Part shown: positions 1 through 7,010 of the stretch, in pieces | Position numbering within the stretch: the first letter of the stretch is position 1 | Layout: each line of letters opens with the position of its first letter | From: an uncultured Chloroflexia bacterium | GTDB lineage: Bacteria; Chloroflexota; Limnocylindria; QHBO01 | NCBI GenBank assembly: GCA_963805645.1 | Contig: CAWDVA010000007.1 | Coordinates: 131,104 to 195,103 of the forward strand | Direction: 5' to 3' | DNA length: 64,000 bases | Notes under the pieces: model-generated | Databases searched by the model: none | What the model saw: the letters and a program-made list of their open reading frames with translations, nothing else | Told to the model about the DNA's origin: nothing | Position numbers and translations under genes: made by a program

Positions 1-281
1 ATGATGCGGATCGCGCTCCCCCGCTCCACGGCGACCTCGGCCGCCGCACCGGCAGCGACCTCGCCGGCCAGCTGCAGCGTCCCGGGCGTGTCCGCGGCAC
101 GCACCGCGTAGCCGTCCATGGAGCTGTTGGCGAAGGGAGGCACGTCGATGCCGGCGGTGATGCGCGGCTCGGCAAGGACCCGCCCTAGGGCATCCGGGAC
201 GCGAACCTCCTCGGCATCGGTCGGGTGGGCATGTGCCAGGAGCCGGCGATACGCGTCCTCCAGCGGCAGCAGATCGGCCAT
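1..281 (-). CDS. moeA: Molybdopterin molybdotransferase MoeA, N-terminal part only (gene runs past the window start).
   Basis: The minus-strand translation from the ATG at 281 reads MADLLPLEDAYRRLLAHAHP...SSMDGYAVRAADT, the typical MoeA N-terminus with its MDGYA motif. Its start overlaps the upstream stop (TGATG). Confidence 0.6.
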   Translation of the reverse strand, partial: MADLLPLEDAYRRLLAHAHPTDAEEVRVPDALGRVLAEPRITAGIDVPPFANSSMDGYAVRAADTPGTLQLAGEVAAGAAAEVAVERGSAIRI

Positions 282-1372
282 CACACGCCCAGGCGCAGCC
301 GCGTCTCGATGAGGCGCATGATCCCGGCCCGGGTCAGGAGGCCGGCCACGGCCCGTCCCTCGGTGACCACCGGCAGCTGGCTCACTCCGCGCTCCTGGAT
401 GAGGCGCATGGCCGACTGGACATCGTCGTCGGGCGTCACCGTGGCCAGGTCACCGTAGCGGGTCATCACGTCGGTGACCCGCGCGTCCTCCCAGTTGTCG
501 CGCGGCACCCGGCGGACATCGGAGAGGGTCACGATCCCGGCCAGCCCGCCGTCGAGGTACCGCACCAGGAAGGTCCGGCTGTCGCCGTGCAGCATGCGGT
601 CGTGGACCAGGCTGGCCACCGACTCGTTGGGTGAGACGGATGGCGGCTCCGGCTCCATGATGTCGCGCACCCGGACACCGAGGAGCGTCCGCTCGATGCC
701 GGTCTGTGCCGAGGCCTGCTCGGCCGCGCTGGACAGGAACCAGCCGATGAGCGCCAGCCAGATGCCCGCCACGATCCCGCCGGGCTGGAAGGCCAGCAGG
801 ATGCCGAAAGCGATGAGCAGGTAGCCGATCAGCTGCCCCACCGTCGCCGCATTTCGCGTGGCCTTGTACCGGTCACCGCGGATCCGCCACAGGGCCGCGC
901 GCAGGATCCGGCCGCCATCCATGGGGAACCCGGGCACCAGGTTGAAGACGCCAAGGGTGAGGTTGATGAATCCCAGCCAGCCCAGCAGGGCGGCGATCTG
1001 CTCCTGCTGGACGAAGAGGTCGATGGCCCACAGCGCGGCGCCGATCAGCAGGCTGGCCACGGGCCCCGCAGCGGCGATGAGCGCCTCGTCGCGTGGCCGT
1101 TGCGGCTCCTCCTCCATGCTCGCCGCCCCACCAAAGACGAACAGGGTGATCGCGCTGATCGTGACGCCGAAGCGACGCGCCACCACGGCATGCGAGAGCT
1201 CATGGCCCAGCACCGAGGCGAGGAAGAAGAGGGAGGTGATGGCACCAACGAGCCAGTAGGTGCCCGTGCTCCAGCCGGCGTACTGGAGCGGGAACTGGAC
1301 GGTGGCCAGCGAATAGGTCACCAGGAAGCCGATCACCAGCCAGGACGGATGGATCTCGATGGCAATCCCCAT
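281..1372 (-). CDS. Site-2 protease family (M50) zinc metalloprotease with C-terminal tandem CBS domains.
   Basis: HELSHAVVARRFG matches the HExxH motif. The protein has several TM helices and a C-terminal CBS pair (RDIMEPEPPSVSP... and VTDVMTRYGDLATV...). The start was chosen at the second ATG (1372), which is preceded by a GGGTGGGG Shine-Dalgarno sequence. Confidence 0.8.
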   Translation of the reverse strand: MGIAIEIHPSWLVIGFLVTYSLATVQFPLQYAGWSTGTYWLVGAITSLFFLASVLGHELSHAVVARRFGVTISAITLFVFGGAASMEEEPQRPRDEALIAAAGPVASLLIGAALWAIDLFVQQEQIAALLGWLGFINLTLGVFNLVPGFPMDGGRILRAALWRIRGDRYKATRNAATVGQLIGYLLIAFGILLAFQPGGIVAGIWLALIGWFLSSAAEQASAQTGIERTLLGVRVRDIMEPEPPSVSPNESVASLVHDRMLHGDSRTFLVRYLDGGLAGIVTLSDVRRVPRDNWEDARVTDVMTRYGDLATVTPDDDVQSAMRLIQERGVSQLPVVTEGRAVAGLLTRAGIMRLIETRLRLGV

Positions 1373-1455
1373 GACGCGCCCCACCCGGAACGACGAGCCC
1401 ATGGCGCGAGTGTAGCCGAGCGAAGCTGTCGAGCCGATGAAGGGGACCGGCGAGG

Positions 1456-2142
1456 TCAGGCGGCGGTCGTCGCCTCACGCTGCCAGAGACGCCACCCCAC
1501 CAGGAGCACGGCCAGGGCCGACAGGATGATGGCGATCCCCGCCGTGATGGACGCCTCGAACCAGAAGCCCTCCGGGAAGAGGCGCAGCAGGTTCGAGTCC
1601 GGCCCGAACATGAAGTTGCCCTGCGGGAAGAAGACCTCGTGGAAGGCAAGGAAGGCCTGGTCGAAGTCCAGGGCGAAGAACGCGGCGAGCACCACGGCGA
1701 CCGTGCCCACCAGGCCCCCCGCCCAGATGAGGGCCCGACCCACCGCGCGTCGCCGGCGGCGGAGCGCGAGCCCGGATCCGACCGCCACCGCGAGGGCGAC
1801 GAGCCAGACCACCCCCAGCAGCCGGACCAGCCGCGATACGTCGCGCATGTGGCTGCGCTCGGCATCGGTCAGCAGCGGCGGTCCGCCGTCAACACCTTCC
1901 GCGAAGTCGCCGCAGCCGAGCCACACATCGCAGAGCATGGCGCCGGTGACCCGGTCGACCTCCGACTGGGTGGTCTGCAGCCGGGCCGGCACGTCGTTGC
2001 GCGCCTGCTCCACGGAGACGAACCACGGGTTGAAGAGCAGGAGCGGGCCGGTGAGCAGGACCAGGACCGCCATCGACAGTCCGAGCGGGATGCCCAGGTA
2101 TCCGGCCGTGCCGCCGCGCCTGGCGGCAGGTGGCGGCGCCAT
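1456..2142 (-). CDS. Integral membrane protein, probably of the TIGR01906/DUF1461 family.
   Basis: The protein has an N-terminal TM helix, a central soluble region and C-terminal TM helices (…FWFEASITAGIAIILSALAVLLVGW). The overall pattern recalls the DUF1461 (Lit-like) family. The ATG at 2142 is preceded by AGGAG. Confidence 0.5.
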   Translation of the reverse strand: MAPPPAARRGGTAGYLGIPLGLSMAVLVLLTGPLLLFNPWFVSVEQARNDVPARLQTTQSEVDRVTGAMLCDVWLGCGDFAEGVDGGPPLLTDAERSHMRDVSRLVRLLGVVWLVALAVAVGSGLALRRRRRAVGRALIWAGGLVGTVAVVLAAFFALDFDQAFLAFHEVFFPQGNFMFGPDSNLLRLFPEGFWFEASITAGIAIILSALAVLLVGWRLWQREATTAA

Positions 2143-2159
2143 CGGCTCCTGGGAGGTGG

Positions 2160-2549
2160 TCAGAGCACCCGGCCGGCGATGCGGGCCGGCGCCAGGGTCA
2201 CGGCCAGGACCCATCCCACGATGGCGATCACCACGGACCCGAGCAGCGCCGAGCCGAAGTCATTCACCACGAACCCGAGCGAGAGCTGCTGGGAGATCAC
2301 GCCCACGAGCATGAGCATCAGGGCGTTGATCACGATCAGGAACAGGCCCAGGCTGAGGATCGAGATCGGCAGGGTGATGATCCGCAGGACGGGTCGCAGG
2401 TACGTGTTCACGAGGCTGAAGGCGACGGCCACCAGGATGAACTTCCACCACGCGTTGTCGGCGAAGTCGAAGTCGAGGCCCGGTCGCAGCAGCCAGACCG
2501 CGACGTAGAGCGCAATCGCGTTGATGGCGATCTGGATCACTCGGTTCAT
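2160..2549 (-). CDS. DUF360 (YvlD-like, so-called 'phage holin family IV') four-TM membrane protein.
   Basis: The 129-aa protein has four hydrophobic helices and reads MNRVIQIAINAIALYVAVWLL...FILVAVAFSLVNTYLRPVLRIITLPI, typical of DUF360. There is no phage context nearby. Confidence 0.7.
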   Translation of the reverse strand: MNRVIQIAINAIALYVAVWLLRPGLDFDFADNAWWKFILVAVAFSLVNTYLRPVLRIITLPISILSLGLFLIVINALMLMLVGVISQQLSLGFVVNDFGSALLGSVVIAIVGWVLAVTLAPARIAGRVL

Positions 2550-2635
2550 GGCGCTAGCCTAGCCGATGGCTTCGCACGGCGGTAGACCGGTGCGGCGGTT
2601 GGCGGGCAGGTCGCGCGATCCGCCAAGATGACGGC

Positions 2636-4798
2636 ATGAGCAACCCGGACACCGCGACCACGATCACCATCAACCGGGGCGACCGGGTACTGATCGCCGG
2701 ACCCGGCGGATCGCTGGACGGCGGCGAGCTGGGGTTCTACGTCCGCGATACGCGACTGCTCTCCCGCCACCGGGTGACCCTCGATGGTGAGCCGCTCACC
2801 GTGGTCGAGGACGCCACGCGCCGCTTCTACTCGGCGCGCCACGTGCTTGCGGGCGCCGCGCCGGTGCAGCTCAGCGTCGAGCGATCCGTGGCCGGCGGGA
2901 TCCACGAGGATCTCGACCTGCGCAACCCGGGCGCGGCTCCCGTCCATGCCATCCTGGGGATCGAGCTGGACGCCGACTTCGCCGATATCTTCGAGGTGCG
3001 TGGCGTGGCGCCGGCGATCGAGCGCTCACCAACCGCGACCTGGTCACCGGAGCGCTCCGAGCTGCGGTTCTCGTACCGCAGCGAGGAATTCGCGCGCAGC
3101 CTGGTCGTGCGCATCCACGCCGATGCGGCGCCTGACTGGCGGGACGGGCGGCTGACCTTCGCGGTGGATCTGCCGGCGCGAGGGTCGTGGCACGCCTGCC
3201 TGGCGTGGATCCCCCTGCTGGACGCGGCGAACCTGCCCGATGGCGCGCCGGTCGCCCAGGGCGACGCGACCGGTGCGACCGCCGCAGAGGGGGCGGACGC
3301 CGCAGGTCACGCGGCGACGGCCTTGCCGCCCGAGGAGGATGGCAGACCGCTGGGGTCTCTCACCCTCCACGTGGATGACGTCGGGGTACGCGGTGCGTGG
3401 GACCAGGCGCTCTGGGACATGGAGGCCCTTCGGCTCTTCCTGCCCGAGGCCGGCGGACTGCCCGTCCCGGCGGCCGGCGTCCCGTGGTACCTGACCCTGT
3501 TCGGACGCGACGCCATCATCACCTCGCTGCAGGCGCTTGCGGGCCACCCGGAGCTCGCCCGGGGCACGCTGGCCGCCCTGGCGGCGCTCCAGGCGCGCGA
3601 CGTGGATCCGGTCCGCGACGCGGAGCCGGGCAAGATCCTGCACGAGATCCGGCACGGCGAGCTCGCGGTCCGGGGACTCCTCCCCTTCCAGCCCTACTAC
3701 GGCACGCACGACGCGACGCCGCTGTTCGTGACGCTCCTGGCGCGGACGTTCGACTGGAGCGGGGACCGAGCGCTGCTCGACCGGTTCCTGCCCGCCGCAG
3801 AGGCGGCCATGCGCTGGATCGAGCGCGACGGCGACCGCGACGGTGACGGGTTCCTGGAATACGCGACCCGCTCCCCGCACGGCTTTCCCAACCAGGGCTG
3901 GAAGGACGACGTGGCGGCCATCCCCCACGCCGATGGCTCCCCGGCGCCCCTGCCCATCGCCCTCTGCGAGCACCAGGCCTATGCCTACGAGGCGCGCCTG
4001 GCACTGGCGCGGCTGTACGTCCTCGCCGGACGCGATGCCGATGCCGCCCGCCTGCGAACCGACGCCGCCACCCTTCGCGAGCGCTTCAACGAGCGGTTCT
4101 GGTGGGAGGAGGAGGGCTCCTACTACCTGGGTCTCGACGGGAACAAGGCGCCAATCCGCTCCGTCGCGTCGAACGCCGGCCTGTGCCTGGCCACCGGCAT
4201 CGTCCCGGCCGATCGCGCCGCCCGCGTCACGCAGCGACTGATGGCCGACGACATGTGGTCCGGCTGGGGGATCCGGACGCTCGCCGCCGGCCACCCCGCG
4301 TACGACCCGTTCAGCTACCACACCGGCAGCGTCTGGCCCCACGACAACGCCATGATCGCCGCCGGATTCGCCGCCTTCGGACAGCGATCCGGGGTCGCGA
4401 CCATCGCGCGGGCGCTGTTCGATGCCGCGGCGACGCTTCCGGGCCATCGGCTCCCTGAGCTGTATGCCGGTCTCCCGCGCACGTCCGGCGCACCGCCCGT
4501 GGGGTATCCCGGCTCCTGTGTGCCCCAGGCCTGGGCCGCGAGCGCGCTCTTCCGCATGATCGAGCTGCTGTGCGGGCTCGATGCCCGCGCCGACCCCGAT
4601 GGTGGCGTGCGCCTCCACATGGACCCCGATCTCCCGGCGTGGCTTCCCTCGCTCCGGCTGGAGGGCCTACGGATCGGAAACCAGGTGGTCGCCGTGGCGG
4701 CCGAGGGGCGGCGGGCGACGGTGGCCGGTCTCGACGCCGGCATCGCCGTGATCCAGGCACCGGCACCGCTGCCAGACGGAGGAGCGCCACCGAGCTGA
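2636..4798 (+). CDS. Amylo-alpha-1,6-glucosidase / glycogen debranching enzyme (bacterial GDE N-terminal domain plus GDE_C).
   Basis: The 720-aa protein shows the N-terminal bacterial GDE domain (ITINRGDRVLIAGPGG...YVRDTRLLS) and a C-terminal six-hairpin glycosidase region (…WYLTLFGRDAIITSLQ..., …YHTGSVWPHDNAMIAAGF...). Confidence 0.85.
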   Translation: MSNPDTATTITINRGDRVLIAGPGGSLDGGELGFYVRDTRLLSRHRVTLDGEPLTVVEDATRRFYSARHVLAGAAPVQLSVERSVAGGIHEDLDLRNPGAAPVHAILGIELDADFADIFEVRGVAPAIERSPTATWSPERSELRFSYRSEEFARSLVVRIHADAAPDWRDGRLTFAVDLPARGSWHACLAWIPLLDAANLPDGAPVAQGDATGATAAEGADAAGHAATALPPEEDGRPLGSLTLHVDDVGVRGAWDQALWDMEALRLFLPEAGGLPVPAAGVPWYLTLFGRDAIITSLQALAGHPELARGTLAALAALQARDVDPVRDAEPGKILHEIRHGELAVRGLLPFQPYYGTHDATPLFVTLLARTFDWSGDRALLDRFLPAAEAAMRWIERDGDRDGDGFLEYATRSPHGFPNQGWKDDVAAIPHADGSPAPLPIALCEHQAYAYEARLALARLYVLAGRDADAARLRTDAATLRERFNERFWWEEEGSYYLGLDGNKAPIRSVASNAGLCLATGIVPADRAARVTQRLMADDMWSGWGIRTLAAGHPAYDPFSYHTGSVWPHDNAMIAAGFAAFGQRSGVATIARALFDAAATLPGHRLPELYAGLPRTSGAPPVGYPGSCVPQAWAASALFRMIELLCGLDARADPDGGVRLHMDPDLPAWLPSLRLEGLRIGNQVVAVAAEGRRATVAGLDAGIAVIQAPAPLPDGGAPPS

Positions 4799-4951
4799 TC
4801 GTGCTCGCGTGGGTGTATCCGTGCGTGCGGGCGTGTGATATTCTGTTTTCAGCGCCACAAGGGCGCGCCCAAACGCGGCTGCACGATCACTCCTCTCATC
4901 GGTTCTCGGCGAGATGTGGCGCTGAGGCCGCTGAGCAAGGAGTGTTTTTCG
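4799..4951 (+). promoter_or_regulatory. Low-GC intergenic leader ahead of the zinc-ribbon/csp gene pair (candidate promoter and 5' UTR).
   Basis: The segment tgtgatattctgttttcagcgccacaagg has clearly lower GC than the flanking DNA. It sits between the stop of the debranching-enzyme gene and an AAGGAG Shine-Dalgarno at 4937-4942 that precedes the TTG at 4952. Confidence 0.3.
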
Positions 4952-5263
4952 TTGTACACCTATTCCGACAAGATCCTGCGGTGCGCCGATTGCGGCCAGG
5001 ACTTCGCGTTCAGCGCATCTGAGCAGGAGTTCTACGCGAGTCGCGACTTCAGCGAGCCGCGCCGCTGCCCGAGCTGCCGCGCGCTCCGCAAGGCGTCCCG
5101 CGGTCAGAGCGGCAACGGTGCCGGATCGTCGTACGGCAGCGGCACGCGTGAGATGTTCACCGCCACCTGCGCCGACTGCGGGCGCGAGGCGCAGGTTCCG
5201 TTCCGTCCCAGCGGCGTGCGCCCCGTCTATTGCAGCGACTGCTTCTCGTCGCATCGAGCCTGA
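4952..5263 (+). CDS. Double zinc-ribbon (CxxC...CxxC) domain protein.
   Basis: Two Cys4 modules (CADCGQDF...CPSCR and CADCGREA...CSDCF) are separated by a Ser/Gly-rich linker. The TTG start at 4952 is preceded by AAGGAG at a 9-nt spacing. Confidence 0.6.
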   Translation: MYTYSDKILRCADCGQDFAFSASEQEFYASRDFSEPRRCPSCRALRKASRGQSGNGAGSSYGSGTREMFTATCADCGREAQVPFRPSGVRPVYCSDCFSSHRA

Positions 5264-5316
5264 GATCCGCGTCGGCTCCGCCCGACCGGCCTGATACCGG
5301 AGGAACCACAGGACCT

Positions 5317-5520
5317 ATGGCATCTGGAACCGTCAAGAAGCTGATCAGCGACCGCGGATTCGGCTTCATCACCGCTGACGACGGCAAGGACTATTTCTTC
5401 CATCGTGACGGCGTCGCCGCCTCGCTGGACTTCGACCGCCTCGTCGGCGGCGAGAAGGTGACCTTCGACGTCGAAGCGAGCCCACGCGGGCCCCGCGCGA
5501 CGAACGTCCAGGCAGCCTGA
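5317..5520 (+). CDS. csp: Cold-shock protein (CspA family).
   Basis: The product reads MASGTVKKLISDRGFGFITADDGKDYFFHRDGV...GEKVTFDVEASPRGPRATNV and carries the RNP1/RNP2 motifs. A GGAGGAACC Shine-Dalgarno sequence precedes the ATG at 5317. Confidence 0.9.
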   Translation: MASGTVKKLISDRGFGFITADDGKDYFFHRDGVAASLDFDRLVGGEKVTFDVEASPRGPRATNVQAA

Positions 5521-5530
5521 CCGGGCCGCC

Positions 5531-5737
5531 ATGACGAACGAGACGCCCACTGCGCCACGTCGCCGCTACCTCACCTGGCGATACCCGGACCGGCACTTCA
5601 GCAAGGTCCACATCCTTGGAGAGGACGCGCTTCCGCTGTGTGGCGGCCGGCCCGGCCGGGAGATGGGGCGGCCCAAGCCGCCCATCCCGGAGGACGCGCT
5701 CTGCGAGGAATGCCTGGAGCGCGACACCGCCTCCTGA
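5531..5737 (+). CDS. Small Cys-containing hypothetical protein (68 aa).
   Basis: The ORF lies immediately downstream of csp. Its product contains PLCGG...LCEEC, a possible metal-binding site. The RBS is weak, so this call is tentative. Confidence 0.25.
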   Translation: MTNETPTAPRRRYLTWRYPDRHFSKVHILGEDALPLCGGRPGREMGRPKPPIPEDALCEECLERDTAS

Positions 5738-5797
5738 GGCTGACGTCCCGGTGCCGGCCTGGCCCGGCCCGGGACCTTCACTCGCTACGGTCCCGCG

Positions 5798-6715
5798 TCA
5801 CGGCCGAACGGACGACCCCCACGCGGCGTGCCGCGCCTCGCGATACGCCGCCCCGTCGCGCCGACTGACGACCCGCTCCCTGATTCCGTCGACGGTGCAC
5901 AGTCGGAGGCGGATGGCGCCCGAGCGGACGTCCGGGTGCGCCAGCACGCGCGCGGCTCGTACCACCATTCCGCGAGTGGCCGCCACGTAGGCGTACGGCT
6001 CGTCCTCGTAGGGAACGGTTGCCGCCTTCGCCCGCCGGTGCAGCGAGCTGCGCGCCAGCCGCACCCCGAAATGGCACCAGTCCGGCGCCTGCATGGGGCA
6101 GGTCCCATCGTGAGGACAGGGCGCGGCAATCGTGGCTCCCGCGGCGAGGAGCTGGGCTCGCGCATCCCGCACACGCTCGAATCCCGCCGATGATCCGGCT
6201 TCCACCACGAGGAGCGCGCCGCCGGCGGCGGTCGCCTGCCACAGCCCTGCGACAAGTGACGCCCGATCCGCGTCCGTGACCTCGCTCAGAACGTACGTCG
6301 CGGTCACCAGGTCCGCCGTCGGGAGATCGGCGCGACGACCATCCTGCCGCACCCAGCGTGCCGATGCCAGTGGCGCCACGCCCGACGCGCCCGCCAGCTG
6401 GGCTCCGCGGGTGAGCGCCGCCTCGGACCGTTCCAGTGCCGTGATGCGGTCGATCGTCGGCCAGAGTGCCGTGGCCGCCCACGCCGCGCTCCCCGTGCCG
6501 GCCCCCACGTCGAGCATGGTGTGCGGCGCGAAGCCCTGCATGGCGACCGCCGTCGCTCGCATGGCCGCCCCGGCCGCGGCCATCGTCGCGGGCATGCGGG
6601 CCGCCAGGTAGGCGTCAACTGCCGCCGCCGAGTCGAGAGGTGCGGAACCCGACGCGCGATAGCGGTCCGTCTGGGCGACGACCGCCCGGCGAAGTGCCGG
6701 GGTGACGGGCACCAT
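5798..6715 (-). CDS. Small ribosomal subunit Rsm22-family class I SAM methyltransferase.
   Basis: The product shows the Rsm22 signatures AYLAARMPATMAA and MLDVGAGTGSAAWAA (SAM motif I). It also has a C-terminal Cys cluster (CPHDGTCPM...CHF) typical of bacterial Rsm22. Confidence 0.75.
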   Translation of the reverse strand: MVPVTPALRRAVVAQTDRYRASGSAPLDSAAAVDAYLAARMPATMAAAGAAMRATAVAMQGFAPHTMLDVGAGTGSAAWAATALWPTIDRITALERSEAALTRGAQLAGASGVAPLASARWVRQDGRRADLPTADLVTATYVLSEVTDADRASLVAGLWQATAAGGALLVVEAGSSAGFERVRDARAQLLAAGATIAAPCPHDGTCPMQAPDWCHFGVRLARSSLHRRAKAATVPYEDEPYAYVAATRGMVVRAARVLAHPDVRSGAIRLRLCTVDGIRERVVSRRDGAAYREARHAAWGSSVRP

Positions 6716-7010
6716 CGGCGCAAGAAGAGCGCGCAGGCGGCCCGTTGCCACCTCCCAGCGTCTCTCGATCCCCGCGTCCGGGTCCTCGCGTGCAGCCACG
6801 CGCTCGCTCAACCTGCCGTCGCGCCGTCGCTGGCGCGCGCAGACCGGGGCGGCTGACGCCGCGATGCATCGGACATGCGGCGATCCTACGCCGGCCGCAC
6901 CACCGGACGCGCTGCGCACGCGACGCGATCTGGGAGACAATACGGAGCCCGCCGCCCAGGCATGCTCACGCGCGCCACGCGGGTATCACCGGAATTGGAG
7001 TGCATGCGGT

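Noticed and set aside
2160-2549. The 'phage holin' family name of DUF360 taken as prophage evidence.
   Set aside because: No other phage genes (terminase, capsid, integrase) are nearby. DUF360/YvlD proteins are widespread chromosomal membrane proteins.
3044-4618. A 524-aa minus-strand ORF inside the glycogen-debranching gene.
   Set aside because: This is an antisense shadow ORF. Its composition is low-complexity R/G/A/P-rich and it has no motifs.
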